Shown: in pieces, positions 36,811 to 47,563 of the stretch
How the letters are laid out: each line of letters opens with the position of its first letter
Position numbering within the stretch: the first letter of the stretch is position 1
DNA from: a virus
Lineage: Duplodnaviria > Heunggongvirae > Uroviricota > Caudoviricetes > Herelleviridae
Virus record (IMG/VR): IMGVR_UViG_2974542590_000001
Span: 91,054 to 155,053 of that record
Strand: one strand, 5' to 3'
DNA: 64,000 nucleotides
Translations under genes and position numbers: made by a program
Notes under the pieces: generated by a model
What the model was told of the DNA's origin: nothing
The model's input: the letters and a program-made list of their open reading frames with translations, nothing else
Database searches by the model: none

Positions 36811-37374
36811 ATGAGTGAACCATTAAAGTTGTATGTTGCAGTAAGAGAAGACGGTTTTTATAAAACAGGATACAACAGTGCTTCTGGAACAATGGTACGG
36901 GATGCCCTAATGTGTAGTTATCTTGGAGCTAAAGATAGACTACGTACACCAAATGAAGTAGAAAAAGGTAAAGTAGTCGAGGTTGTTGTAGTAGAAAAAG
37001 AACACTATGATAGTTTAAAACATTCAAATGAACTACGTATGAAAAAAGGCGTAATGGACTACGTAACACCTTTCTTTAACTTAACAGGAATTAAGTTCTA
37101 TGAAGTAACTAGTCCTTATTTTGCTCTTATATCAGCTTATAGTCCTAGCAAAGCTTTAGAGATATACAAAGAGCAAGCCTATGTGGATGACGAAGACAAT
37201 ACCTCTGTTGAACTAAAAGAGGTCTCCCAAGTTCATGCAATACGGATTTTAGCTAAGACTTATTCCGAGGATACGAATACAACTATTTCACTGGATGAAG
37301 CAGTTAATCAAGTAGAAGAAGCTGTAAAAGATAAGTATTCTGGTATACTAAGTATTTCGTTAGAACTTGTGTAA
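36811..37374 (+). CDS. hypothetical protein
   Basis: GAGGAGG RBS. Confidence 0.5.
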   Translation: MSEPLKLYVAVREDGFYKTGYNSASGTMVRDALMCSYLGAKDRLRTPNEVEKGKVVEVVVVEKEHYDSLKHSNELRMKKGVMDYVTPFFNLTGIKFYEVTSPYFALISAYSPSKALEIYKEQAYVDDEDNTSVELKEVSQVHAIRILAKTYSEDTNTTISLDEAVNQVEEAVKDKYSGILSISLELV

Positions 37375-37387
37375 AGGAGATTCTGTT

Positions 37388-37570
37388 ATGCGCAACAAGT
37401 ATCCGGGTTACTGTTATCGGTGTGGTACCTTTGTAGAGAAAGGTCGAGGTCATTTTGAAAGAAAGAATGGCTATTGGAGACTACAGCACGCTGACTGTGC
37501 TATTAAGTATAGGGGAACAAAAGTACAAGGAAACGGAACAAGACCAACAAAAGGGAGGAATAGCAATTGA
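37388..37570 (+). CDS. small zinc-ribbon protein
   Basis: CYRCGTF....HADC. AAAGGAG RBS. Confidence 0.45.
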   Translation: MRNKYPGYCYRCGTFVEKGRGHFERKNGYWRLQHADCAIKYRGTKVQGNGTRPTKGRNSN

Positions 37571-37932
37571 TTAAACTAAAGGAACACAAGAACCTGCTGT
37601 GTAAAAAGACATTTGTGCAGGGAAGTCATACATTGTTTGTAAAAGGTAAATACTACCCTGTCGAACACATTGGTTGCGTGAGTTATCTAACAGATGAATT
37701 AGACCAACCGTGGGATCAGGAATGGTATAATAAATTAGTCTACAGAGCGTTTGAACCAGAAGTAACATCTGAACCAGAAGTAACATCAGAGGTTAAAATA
37801 CCAGTTAGCAAAGTATTAGCTAGAATCATGGTTTCATCAAATATGGTTGAACTTGAAACTTGGCTTAAAGCTTACCGAGAAGGTTATAACGATTGCAGGG
37901 AGGAACAGGAATGGACTGGTTTAACTTTATAA
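37567..37932 (+). CDS. hypothetical protein
   Basis: Internal tandem repeat EPEVTSEPEVTSE. Confidence 0.45.
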   Translation: MIKLKEHKNLLCKKTFVQGSHTLFVKGKYYPVEHIGCVSYLTDELDQPWDQEWYNKLVYRAFEPEVTSEPEVTSEVKIPVSKVLARIMVSSNMVELETWLKAYREGYNDCREEQEWTGLTL

Positions 37933-38135
37933 AAAAGAAGCCAGAGCCTTACGTATACGAAAGAACAAACATCATACAATATGATGAAATGGGATACCCT
38001 TTAAGACTGTTTCGAATGAGTGATGGTAGTAAACGTTGGCTTGATACAATTGAGGAATCGGGAGATGTTGTTCTTAGACGGACAACAGAGTTCATTCCGT
38101 TAGAGAAACTATTAGATGAGGGTGGTAGAATATAA
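37911..38135 (+). CDS. hypothetical protein
   Basis: GGGAGGAACAGGA RBS. Confidence 0.45.
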   Translation: MDWFNFIKKKPEPYVYERTNIIQYDEMGYPLRLFRMSDGSKRWLDTIEESGDVVLRRTTEFIPLEKLLDEGGRI

Positions 38136-38485
38136 TGACACCATATATTACTATGTTTGTTATGTTAGTAGGAGCACATGCTGTAGGAGATTACGCACTA
38201 CAAAGTGAATATATTGCAAGAGAAAAAACAAAAGACTTGTATGTGTTATTTATTCATGCAACTATTTGGACTTTTACAATTGCTATGACAGGCTACCTAA
38301 TTGGTTTGTCTATTACATTAGTACACATTTTACTTGTTCTATGGTTACCACACTTTGTAATGGACTATTTCAAAGCACAAAGTACATGGTTTCCTTCGAT
38401 AGTACCAGACCCCAAAACACAATTAACAATTGACCAAACAGTTCATTACCTTCAATTGCTAGTTCTATTAATAGTCACAACATAA
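38135..38485 (+). CDS. polytopic membrane protein
   Basis: Three to four TM helices. Confidence 0.5.
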   Translation: MTPYITMFVMLVGAHAVGDYALQSEYIAREKTKDLYVLFIHATIWTFTIAMTGYLIGLSITLVHILLVLWLPHFVMDYFKAQSTWFPSIVPDPKTQLTIDQTVHYLQLLVLLIVTT

Positions 38486-38512
38486 TCATAATTAAATTGC
38501 ATAGAGGAGTAA

Positions 38513-39046
<534 letters not shown>

Positions 39047-39622
39047 ATGAGTAAGATTTGGTTCACGTCTGATACACACTTTGGGCAAGAGCGTACTTTT
39101 AAATATTCTATGCGAGGTATGTATTTTGATAATGTAGAACATGCTGATTTAGCTATGATAGAACGGTGGAACGATGTTGTAGATGAAGAAGACACTGTTT
39201 ACCATTTAGGAGATTTCGGTAACTTCGAAGTAGCTAAACAGCTTAAAGGTAAAATTCATTTATTATTTGGTAACTATGAACGGGATGGTAAAGGTGGATT
39301 TATTACTCCGGAACAAGAAAAATATTTTGAATTTGTTCGAAAAGGAGAAGTTGTCACTCTTGTAGACCAAAAATTAGTTCTTGTCCATGAGCCTTCCCAT
39401 ATGAGTTATTCAGAAGATAAAATCAAAGATGGGTACTTTGGCTTATTCGGACATATTCATGAAAAGCAAAAAGTAAAACGTAATGCTCTTAACGTAGGGG
39501 TAGACGTACACAACTTCACCCCAGTTAGTCTGGAGACTGTAGAGTTCTATCGGAATGCCATTCAAAATGTATACAATGCAGAGTGTTTCGATAACTTTGA
39601 ATTGGGAGGGTTGCTAGAATGA
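39047..39622 (+). CDS. calcineurin-like metallophosphoesterase
   Basis: ..WFTSDTHFG.., ..HLGDFGN.., ..GNYE.. and ..GHIHE.. metal-ligand motifs are all present. Confidence 0.6.
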   Translation: MSKIWFTSDTHFGQERTFKYSMRGMYFDNVEHADLAMIERWNDVVDEEDTVYHLGDFGNFEVAKQLKGKIHLLFGNYERDGKGGFITPEQEKYFEFVRKGEVVTLVDQKLVLVHEPSHMSYSEDKIKDGYFGLFGHIHEKQKVKRNALNVGVDVHNFTPVSLETVEFYRNAIQNVYNAECFDNFELGGLLE

Positions 39623-40227
39623 AAACATACGTAATTTCAGACATGCACTTCAATCATCACAATATTTGTGGAGAAGATGGCTTTGTAGAGACAAGGCGCC
39701 GGTTTGCTAATGTAGACGAAATGAATGAATATTTAATTAAGACATGGAATAAACGAGTTCGTCCGGAAGATACTGTGTACCATCTAGGGGACTTTGCTAT
39801 GAACCAGAAACCAAAGGATACCCTAGAGATTCTTCGTAAGCTAAACGGTACCATTATCATGGTTAAAGGTAACCACGACAGTACTAAGCTTTTAAAAACA
39901 ATTAATCGGGATGAGGAATTACGTGAACGAGTATTTTGGAGTGATGTGGGCGTAATACTAAAGCAAGAAAGAAAAATCATCCATTTAACGCACTATCCAC
40001 TTATTATTGGTAGTCGAGGAAACCGAGTAAACTTACATGGACACATCCACGAAATGGCTTATCAAGAACCTAACTTATTAAATGTAGGTGTCGATTCACC
40101 AGAATTAACTTTACATCCTTTTGGGACACCATACACAATTAAAGAGTGTATTGACCTGATTGAAGAAAAGGAAAAGCGTTTCAATGAGTCCGGCTTAACT
40201 TATACGAAACATGGTACAATAGAATGA
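39619..40227 (+). CDS. calcineurin-like metallophosphoesterase (paralog)
   Basis: ..VISDMHFNHHN.., ..HLGDFAMN.., ..GNHD.. and ..GHIHE.. motifs are present. Confidence 0.6.
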   Translation: MKTYVISDMHFNHHNICGEDGFVETRRRFANVDEMNEYLIKTWNKRVRPEDTVYHLGDFAMNQKPKDTLEILRKLNGTIIMVKGNHDSTKLLKTINRDEELRERVFWSDVGVILKQERKIIHLTHYPLIIGSRGNRVNLHGHIHEMAYQEPNLLNVGVDSPELTLHPFGTPYTIKECIDLIEEKEKRFNESGLTYTKHGTIE

Positions 40228-40481
40228 GACCGACATACGAACATGTTTTAGGAAAGAGGTACCGTCCTAAAAAGCGGTACCCTAAATTATTAATGCGAGA
40301 AGTCATTCCAACAAGAGTTTACTATGATTACCCTCGCAGACTTCCTTGGGAACCAATAGACCCTCATGCAGTTAAACACAAATACGTTGAGTTTACATTT
40401 ATGTACGAGAGTAAGCAGGTTACTGAACGATATGATTGGTATGCGTTCTTTCGATATTTTGAGAAAGTAGAGGACGATTAA
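40224..40481 (+). CDS. hypothetical basic protein
   Basis: 85-aa ORF. Confidence 0.45.
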   Translation: MRPTYEHVLGKRYRPKKRYPKLLMREVIPTRVYYDYPRRLPWEPIDPHAVKHKYVEFTFMYESKQVTERYDWYAFFRYFEKVEDD

Positions 40482-41221
40482 TGAGCAAGGAGAAAGCGTT
40501 CGTAGTATCAGATATACATGGTATGTACGATGAGTTTATGGAGTTATTAAAATATTGGAATCGTGAAGAACAAGAATTGGTTCTTTTAGGAGACTATGTA
40601 GACAGAGGTCTCCAATCAAAAGAAGTTCTAGGGTTTGTTTATGAGCACATGGCTTCTGGTGGCACAGCAATTAAAGGGAACCATGACCAGATGTTGTTAG
40701 ATTTCCTTAGTTTTCCTTTGGTACGAGATGCCGATTTTGAGGATTTAAAAGATATATATTCAGTATGGTACAATCAGGGAGGTCGAGAGACTGCTGATTC
40801 TATTCTGGAGGTGAATACAGCTTCTTGGAGTGCCCTAGCGTTACGTATGGAGCTTCTTAGCAAGTCTAACTTAAAAGACACCCTAGAACTGCTAGAACCT
40901 TACTACGAGTTCGGTAACGTGCTATTTGTACATGGTGGTATTCCTAGATGGAGACAACCAGACTGGAAAACAGCAGAAGAACATGAAATGCTTTGGACTA
41001 GACCAAATCCACTTCAAAAGAACGAGACAAGTAAAACTATCATTGTTGGACATACCCCTACAGTGAACTTTCATAAAGGCAATAACTGTGATATTTATTT
41101 AGGAGACCGTACAATATATATTGATGGTGCCTGTGCCTATGGCGGACAGTTAAACGGCATTGTTGTAGATAAAGACGGCAATATTCAAGAGAAATATTTT
41201 GTACCGAAAAAACATACTTAG
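40481..41221 (+). CDS. PPP-family metallophosphatase (PrpE/ApaH-like)
   Basis: ..VVSDIHGMYDE.., ..LGDYVDRG.., ..GNHD.. and ..VGHTP.. motifs are present. Confidence 0.55.
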   Translation: MSKEKAFVVSDIHGMYDEFMELLKYWNREEQELVLLGDYVDRGLQSKEVLGFVYEHMASGGTAIKGNHDQMLLDFLSFPLVRDADFEDLKDIYSVWYNQGGRETADSILEVNTASWSALALRMELLSKSNLKDTLELLEPYYEFGNVLFVHGGIPRWRQPDWKTAEEHEMLWTRPNPLQKNETSKTIIVGHTPTVNFHKGNNCDIYLGDRTIYIDGACAYGGQLNGIVVDKDGNIQEKYFVPKKHT

Positions 41222-41294
41222 TTGTATGTTTTTTTATTTTATTGTTGACTTTTGTAAGGCTTAACATGTATACTATGTACATGGAGGTGAAAAC

Positions 41295-41615
41295 ATGTTA
41301 GACAGGTTAAAGAAGCGGTTTAACCAAAAACTAGATAACTGGGCATTTTCTCGAGTTGGGAAGAGTCCTCTTATAGGGGAACCCCTAACAGTCACCCGTG
41401 TACACCAACAAGTATTACCTTACAGAGTAAGGTTAGATGTGAGTGTATTTGACAGTGATGAACTTGTAAACTTACGAATGCTAGAAGCTTCGCATAAGTT
41501 AGGAGAAGGACTGCTAAGAGAAGGTGTAATCAAGAAGGTCAGAGATGAAGTACACGAAATAGAACCTATTAGAACCATTGTATTAGAGGCATATGTTGCA
41601 AAAGAAGAGAGATAA
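41295..41615 (+). CDS. hypothetical protein
   Basis: GGAGGTG RBS. Confidence 0.5.
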   Translation: MLDRLKKRFNQKLDNWAFSRVGKSPLIGEPLTVTRVHQQVLPYRVRLDVSVFDSDELVNLRMLEASHKLGEGLLREGVIKKVRDEVHEIEPIRTIVLEAYVAKEER

Positions 41616-41624
41616 GAGAGGTAA

Positions 41625-43265
41625 TTGGATGTGGCAAAAGAATCGAAAACTGTGATAGTACACTATAGAAAACACTGCAAAAATATAAACAGACCACAAT
41701 ATGAGAGTGATTTTACTAAACGTATAAATGAGCTTGAAGCTATCGGCATAGTTGTTCAGGACATTTATTTTTCTAAGTCTAGTGAATCTGTTTATGTAAC
41801 GTTTACCCTAGGAAATCGTAATGAAAACCGTTTAAATTTAAAAGGTAAACGATATATTGGGCAGTTTGCTATTTCGAGTCATGAACGTTTCTATGATACG
41901 ACAATCAGAACATTTAAGACTCAGAAGGCAAAAGATGCAAATGATTTATTTAAACAGATTTTGCAAGAGATGAACACCGCTTTAGCTTATGAAAACAAAA
42001 TCAGTCAGTATGTTGTAACTATTGAGGAACGAGAATTAGAGGCACTTCGTATAATTGATAAACTAGGCAGACAAAAACGTGGGTTAGAGGTGGAGCACGC
42101 AGCTTTTGTTAAGCAAAAGAACTTCCCTGTCTTCTATATGGAGTATGGATATAAACAAATATTAAAACTTATTGAAGATAAAGCAACGAACGCTATGTTA
42201 CTTTCTTTGCGATATAAAGGGTGTATTCAAGATTACAACGAAGGTATCAATAGTCGAGGTAAGGTTACATTAACTTCAATTGGAAAGCAGATGTTATTGC
42301 AATATGGAGAAGACCCGAGTGATACATTATGGAGAGAGTTTTGTCTCCGTAAAACATTTGATTTATGGGATAATGATTTAGATAGCATGGAAGTTGAGGA
42401 AGACACGTCTGCTACTATTGATGTTCCAGTAGATGAAGAATTAACTAAACTAAAAATTTCCGAAGATTGGTATACTGCGTTTGACCTTCTGTTCTATAAA
42501 CTTCAAAAGAAAGAAGCACTAGTCAAGGACGAGAAGTTCTTATGGAAAGAACTTCTAGGTAGTTTTATTGAGTCACATCTACCAGAAACCCAAGAATTTA
42601 TCCATGTAGGATTTGTCCCAAGTAGCTTCTTAACTACTATTTTTATCGGGGAAGACAGCGACCTAGAGGGAGCTACTATATATGGAATCTCTTGTGCAAA
42701 AGAGGTAATAAATACGTCTGACTATATCAGTATTTCTTACTCTGGTAAGAGACCTGTAACCTTCTTAAGTAGCATTGTAGAATGGATAAATGCAGACCAT
42801 TCAAAATACCAAAAATCATTCTCAGAAGATGACTTGCGATGCTATTTACAGCTTAAGTTCCTAGAACAATCAAAGGTTGGTTTAACTACTACAGAGTACT
42901 TCTTAAATAGTGATACTACAATGAAGTTATCTGCACAAGCAATTCCAATTTATATGGAACAACGATTGAAGAAGAAAATAACATATTCTCCGGCTTTAGA
43001 AGACGAAAACATTACAAGAATGTTTAAGTTGTTATGTAAGCTAAGTAAAAATCAGGCAATTATAGCAAACCCTACGGATAAGAAACGGATACGATTAATA
43101 ACAACGGGTAGTTCAGATGCTATCTTCCGTTATGTTGAATCAGAGATGCTATATGTACGAGATAACATCATGTATGAAGACAAAGCAGAGTACCCGATTG
43201 TCCAGGACGTAGAAAAGGGTTTGATTACTTACATTAACGTAGCTTCCTTATTATCTGTACAGTAA
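41625..43265 (+). CDS. large hypothetical protein (546 aa)
   Basis: No recognisable motif. Confidence 0.5.
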   Translation: MDVAKESKTVIVHYRKHCKNINRPQYESDFTKRINELEAIGIVVQDIYFSKSSESVYVTFTLGNRNENRLNLKGKRYIGQFAISSHERFYDTTIRTFKTQKAKDANDLFKQILQEMNTALAYENKISQYVVTIEERELEALRIIDKLGRQKRGLEVEHAAFVKQKNFPVFYMEYGYKQILKLIEDKATNAMLLSLRYKGCIQDYNEGINSRGKVTLTSIGKQMLLQYGEDPSDTLWREFCLRKTFDLWDNDLDSMEVEEDTSATIDVPVDEELTKLKISEDWYTAFDLLFYKLQKKEALVKDEKFLWKELLGSFIESHLPETQEFIHVGFVPSSFLTTIFIGEDSDLEGATIYGISCAKEVINTSDYISISYSGKRPVTFLSSIVEWINADHSKYQKSFSEDDLRCYLQLKFLEQSKVGLTTTEYFLNSDTTMKLSAQAIPIYMEQRLKKKITYSPALEDENITRMFKLLCKLSKNQAIIANPTDKKRIRLITTGSSDAIFRYVESEMLYVRDNIMYEDKAEYPIVQDVEKGLITYINVASLLSVQ

Positions 43266-43340
43266 AAAAGTTACCTAGAGTGTTGACAGATGCTCTGGGT
43301 TTTGATATACTTTAGGTAACAGGTAAGGAGGAACTAAATC

Positions 43341-43604
43341 ATGGCAAGTGGCACAAAGGAAGAATTTGTACAAATCTGTGACCTATTACAGGAGTTGTAT
43401 GACTTAAAAGGACACCACATAAGATTCCATCAGTTTATGTATCATGTTAACCATGAGTTCTATAGACGTATTGGTGTGGACTATGCGTATCATAGAGAAC
43501 TAGGAGCCGTATATGTTCAAGATATGTTTAATATAGAAAATCCAAGGTACATTAATTTTTTACAAAGTGAAATTCAAAAAGCGAAGGAGGAGCAACATGT
43601 GTAA
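43341..43604 (+). CDS. hypothetical protein
   Basis: AAGGAGGAA RBS. Confidence 0.5.
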   Translation: MASGTKEEFVQICDLLQELYDLKGHHIRFHQFMYHVNHEFYRRIGVDYAYHRELGAVYVQDMFNIENPRYINFLQSEIQKAKEEQHV

Positions 43605-43989
43605 TTGGTGTGAGGGTGGAGCATTACTTTATAATTTAGAGGACGAATCCGGAGGTATCGGAGTAGACATAGACCATAATGTACTACGTGTACAATTTGG
43701 CTTCCATAGTTATGGGAATGTTCGTACGACAATGACCGCAGAAGCTAGAACATTTATTAAGTTTTGCCCAATGTGCGGTAAGTACCTTAAGGGAGTATTT
43801 AACATTGGAGATTGGGTTCTCTACTCACCGTCAGGACTTTATACAAGAAATGAACAACTAATGGGAGCTAATTTAATAATTATTGGGTATGATGAAGATA
43901 AACTTAGAGTAGCAGTTCTTAATAAAGACGGAATTAGGGGTGAAGAACATTATTCAGTATCACCAACAGACCTCATTTTAAGACAGTAG
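43597..43989 (+). CDS. zinc-ribbon protein
   Basis: CNWCEG....CPMCG. GAAGGAGGAG RBS. Confidence 0.5.
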   Translation: MCNWCEGGALLYNLEDESGGIGVDIDHNVLRVQFGFHSYGNVRTTMTAEARTFIKFCPMCGKYLKGVFNIGDWVLYSPSGLYTRNEQLMGANLIIIGYDEDKLRVAVLNKDGIRGEEHYSVSPTDLILRQ

Positions 43990-44175
43990 CAAACCGGGCG
44001 TGTCACACTAACGGTATGTATAGGGTGTGTTTATCCTTAGCCCTTACCTAGATAGTAACCTCCGCTGTTAGCGGACAGGTCTAGGTACGAGGCTTTTATC
44101 CGAGTCTAATCAAGTAAGCTTTCAGCTAAGGTGTGTATCTTAGACTCTATTCACGCACACCGGAAAGGAAAATAT

Positions 44176-44622
44176 ATGGATTTAGGAGCAAATGAAACAG
44201 AGAATCGTATTACTCTTCTATTAGACTATACAAAAGACCATCTATACGAAATAGACAATCGTCTCAAGATGGCTTACTATAAACCAGTCTTTTATGATGC
44301 GCAATATGACCAATTGATTATTCGATTACGCTTTTCTATCTATGATAAATACACAGTTGAACGAGTCCTCATTATTGGCAGTAATACCATTGACTATTAC
44401 ATGTTAGCTACTGATGAATATTACCTAGCTAAATATGTAGGTGAAAAGTTACGTGCAGAGATTGACTATTGTTCTTCTCTTGCAGATATGTTTGAACGCC
44501 AATCAGACAAGAAGATTCGGCTTAAACGTAAGTATCAGGAAGTCAAGCGCAACACCCGTGTTTTACCACGTAAATTTAAACCTCATACAGGGAACCAACG
44601 AATGAAAGGGAGAGAGAAATAA
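44176..44622 (+). CDS. hypothetical protein
   Basis: GAAAGGAAAATAT RBS. Upstream, 44000-44130 is a GC-elevated structured leader. Confidence 0.45.
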   Translation: MDLGANETENRITLLLDYTKDHLYEIDNRLKMAYYKPVFYDAQYDQLIIRLRFSIYDKYTVERVLIIGSNTIDYYMLATDEYYLAKYVGEKLRAEIDYCSSLADMFERQSDKKIRLKRKYQEVKRNTRVLPRKFKPHTGNQRMKGREK

Positions 44623-44918
44623 TGTTAAACATGAAAGTATTAGACTACCGCATTACTAGTGATGCAGACAACGTAACCGTAAGACGGGTAGTTCGTAATG
44701 AGAAGGGTGAGATTACCTACAATAAAAAAGGAAATGAAAACACCTCTTTAGTCGGTTACCAAACAAACCTTACCAAAGCGCTACACATGATTCAACGTAA
44801 CTGGGTCTTAGGTGGGAATGGGAAAGAAATTACAACTATCCGAGAATACCAAGAAGCCATTGAAGAAATCACTGAAATCGCAAAACGTGAACTTGATTTA
44901 GACGAAGCGTTTAAGTAG
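44622..44918 (+). CDS. hypothetical protein
   Basis: 98-aa ORF. Confidence 0.45.
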   Translation: MLNMKVLDYRITSDADNVTVRRVVRNEKGEITYNKKGNENTSLVGYQTNLTKALHMIQRNWVLGGNGKEITTIREYQEAIEEITEIAKRELDLDEAFK

Positions 44919-44929
44919 GGGGAGTCACT

Positions 44930-45160
44930 ATGTATAAAGGGTACATTATAGAAGAGAGGGAACTGTACCCCACTTGTCCATTTTGTAAGGAAACTATGAA
45001 AGATGAGGAAGACCTGTATCATTCTGGAATCTATAGTTCCGAGAATACGGAGGAGGGGGCAATTTGGGAAACAACTTGTCCAAATTGTGATAAGGTTTTT
45101 TATGTTAGAACACAGGTTCACTACTCCTATGAAACGTTTAAAGAAGAAGATTGTATTTAG
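44930..45160 (+). CDS. small zinc-ribbon protein
   Basis: CPFCKE....CPNCDK. Confidence 0.45.
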   Translation: MYKGYIIEERELYPTCPFCKETMKDEEDLYHSGIYSSENTEEGAIWETTCPNCDKVFYVRTQVHYSYETFKEEDCI

Positions 45161-45288
45161 GGAAAGGTTTCAATGCCCTAGAGAGATAAAAAATCCCAGT
45201 ATTTACTGGGATTTTTTTATTTAAAGTTGTTGACGTACTGAAAGGTATCTGATATACTATAGGTATAGATAGTTAAGGGGGAGAAAAC

Positions 45289-45771
45289 ATGCTTAAATCA
45301 TCGAATTTAAAACATGGAGACACTATTAAATATTTGTCTAGTACCAATGACAAGTTTATAAAGAACAAAGTATATCTAGTATGGGTAGTTGACCATAGCG
45401 GGATTCCAGTTGTACTATCAGAAGAACAGAACTATGTGTCTGTCATTGATTTAAACCCGCAGAACTGGGAGAGTAGTAAAGGACAAGTAATGGAAAAGAT
45501 TAACTTGAATGAAGTAGTTACTGAACTAGGTGTTAATAAAGATGATACAGAAGAGTATACACGTGCTTTATCTGATACACTACGAGGATATATTCACAGC
45601 GCAAGAGAAGAGCAAGGGTTATCGCAACGGGCATTAGCTACGAAGGCAGGCATTACACAAAAAGCCATTTCTACATATGAAAATGGGTTAACTGTAATTA
45701 GCTTACCATCCTTGTTCAAGATTATGGCTGTGTTAGGTATAGAAGTTACAATTTCAATTCCGGAGGAGTAA
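45289..45771 (+). CDS. protein with C-terminal XRE-type HTH
   Basis: ..LSQRALATKAGITQKAISTYENG... Confidence 0.5.
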   Translation: MLKSSNLKHGDTIKYLSSTNDKFIKNKVYLVWVVDHSGIPVVLSEEQNYVSVIDLNPQNWESSKGQVMEKINLNEVVTELGVNKDDTEEYTRALSDTLRGYIHSAREEQGLSQRALATKAGITQKAISTYENGLTVISLPSLFKIMAVLGIEVTISIPEE

Positions 45772-45773
45772 TA

Positions 45774-46088
45774 GTGACTGTTGTAAATAATACTATACTA
45801 GATAACTTGTCTTTTATTAACATGACAGAACGGGCGTTACTGCTACACAGTTATCTGTACTATGAATTAGATGCAATTAAAATCTCTGACCACCAGTTTG
45901 ACCATCTTATGTATCGAATGGTTGAACTAAAGAAATGGGACGAATTTAAAGAATCAGAGTTCTATGAAGAATTTAAAGACTTCGAAGGTGCTACAGGAAT
46001 GGACTTAGACTATGATAAACCTTTTTGTCGTAAATGGGCACATATATGGGGTCTAGATAAAGATAAAGCAGGAGGAAAGAAAAAATGA
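45774..46088 (+). CDS. hypothetical protein
   Basis: GTG start after GGAGGAG. Confidence 0.4.
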   Translation: MTVVNNTILDNLSFINMTERALLLHSYLYYELDAIKISDHQFDHLMYRMVELKKWDEFKESEFYEEFKDFEGATGMDLDYDKPFCRKWAHIWGLDKDKAGGKKK

Positions 46089-46939
46089 GTAATGAGTCTT
46101 TAGTAGGAAAATGGATGTGTGCAAGTGATACAGATGTGGAAGTTTGGAGAGCTTGTGCTTATTTCGACACCAAAGAAGATGCTATCCATGCAGGTAAACT
46201 AGCTGTAGATGCAATTAGAAATGGAAAAACTTTTGTAGAGGAGATTTGGGAACATGTAGAGGACATTTTAGGTTTTCTTCCAGAAGAACCAATCAACAGT
46301 TTTGTAGTTGGAAGAGTGGCTCCAGTTTACCTTCCTGTAGATGTTACGTCATTATTAGAACAAACCCAAGAAATGATTTATCAAGAGGTTGGGGAAGTTG
46401 CAGATTCTTATTACTTAACGGATGAGATTCCAGAAGACAAACAGGATGAATTACAATCTCTAATCATAGGTTGGTTTGCTAAGAATGGCTATGACTGCCC
46501 ATTTACTAAGATTGTAGATATTGAACCCGTATACATTTCAAGAGATGATTCTTTATATTTAGTTGGTGTACGAGTAGATGTTAGACCATCAGAAGTAATC
46601 GAAGGGGGCTTTACATGTACCACTCGTGTAATGAAAGTCCGAGAAGAAGACTTGAAAATTACTGAGAAACAGATTGAAAACCGTAGTAAAGAGCCAGACT
46701 ATCTGTTTAAAACTCGTGTGCTAAAAAGTGAGTTGGATACACCTCTTTGGGCATTTTGTAAAGATAACATCACAATGTATTCACTAGTGCGGGAAGCATA
46801 TGTAGATTCAAAAGCATCTGAATTTGAAAATAACATTAAAACGTTGCTAGCTTTTCATTATACCGAACAAGCTAACATGTTTAACAATAAAATCAAATCT
46901 CTAAAACTAGGAAAAGAGATTGGAGTGGGTGTGCAGTGA
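46085..46939 (+). CDS. hypothetical protein (284 aa)
   Basis: No recognisable motif. Confidence 0.5.
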   Translation: MSNESLVGKWMCASDTDVEVWRACAYFDTKEDAIHAGKLAVDAIRNGKTFVEEIWEHVEDILGFLPEEPINSFVVGRVAPVYLPVDVTSLLEQTQEMIYQEVGEVADSYYLTDEIPEDKQDELQSLIIGWFAKNGYDCPFTKIVDIEPVYISRDDSLYLVGVRVDVRPSEVIEGGFTCTTRVMKVREEDLKITEKQIENRSKEPDYLFKTRVLKSELDTPLWAFCKDNITMYSLVREAYVDSKASEFENNIKTLLAFHYTEQANMFNNKIKSLKLGKEIGVGVQ

Positions 46940-47319
46940 TGTCAGCAGATGAGGCTCGTAACAAGGTAGCCAACAGGGAACAAGAAATAAAGGAGAAAAT
47001 AGCTCGGAAATCCGCAGACTTCATTAATAATAAAGTACTACCTAGTATCAATAAAACAATAGAACTTGGCGGGTACTCTTGTAGAATTTCTGGTAATGAG
47101 TTAACTGAGCAGGAGCTTACAGCTATTAAAAAGGTACTAACAGCCAAAGGTTATAAAGTAACCATTTGGTCAGAAGAGTCTGTACGCTATGTTTGTGGCG
47201 GTCGCAAAGTGACAGGAAGAGATAGAGGACTAGAAATAACATGGTTTCCGCCAGAACCAGAGCCTGATAAGGTTGGATTACTAACCAAGTTGTATAATAA
47301 AATAACAGGAGGAAACTAA
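46936..47319 (+). CDS. hypothetical protein
   Basis: 127-aa ORF. Confidence 0.45.
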   Translation: MMSADEARNKVANREQEIKEKIARKSADFINNKVLPSINKTIELGGYSCRISGNELTEQELTAIKKVLTAKGYKVTIWSEESVRYVCGGRKVTGRDRGLEITWFPPEPEPDKVGLLTKLYNKITGGN

Positions 47320-47320
47320 T

Positions 47321-47563
47321 ATGAAATACATGGCGTTTTACATTGCTGACTTCTTATACCCAGATGAAAGAATCGGGGACTTATGCTTTTTCTATAATAA
47401 AGACACTGGCATGTTTGAAATGGAGTGTGACCCTGAAACAGCATACGAACCTACCGTTGTCTGCGATATGCCAGAGTTCTTACTGTTTAAAGTTCAAGGA
47501 ACCGAGGAAGAAGGAACAATAAAGCCAGTGGACAAAACTAAATTTTTAGAGGAGATTAAATAA
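47321..47563 (+). CDS. hypothetical protein
   Basis: AGGAGGAAACTAAT RBS. Confidence 0.5.
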   Translation: MKYMAFYIADFLYPDERIGDLCFFYNKDTGMFEMECDPETAYEPTVVCDMPEFLLFKVQGTEEEGTIKPVDKTKFLEEIK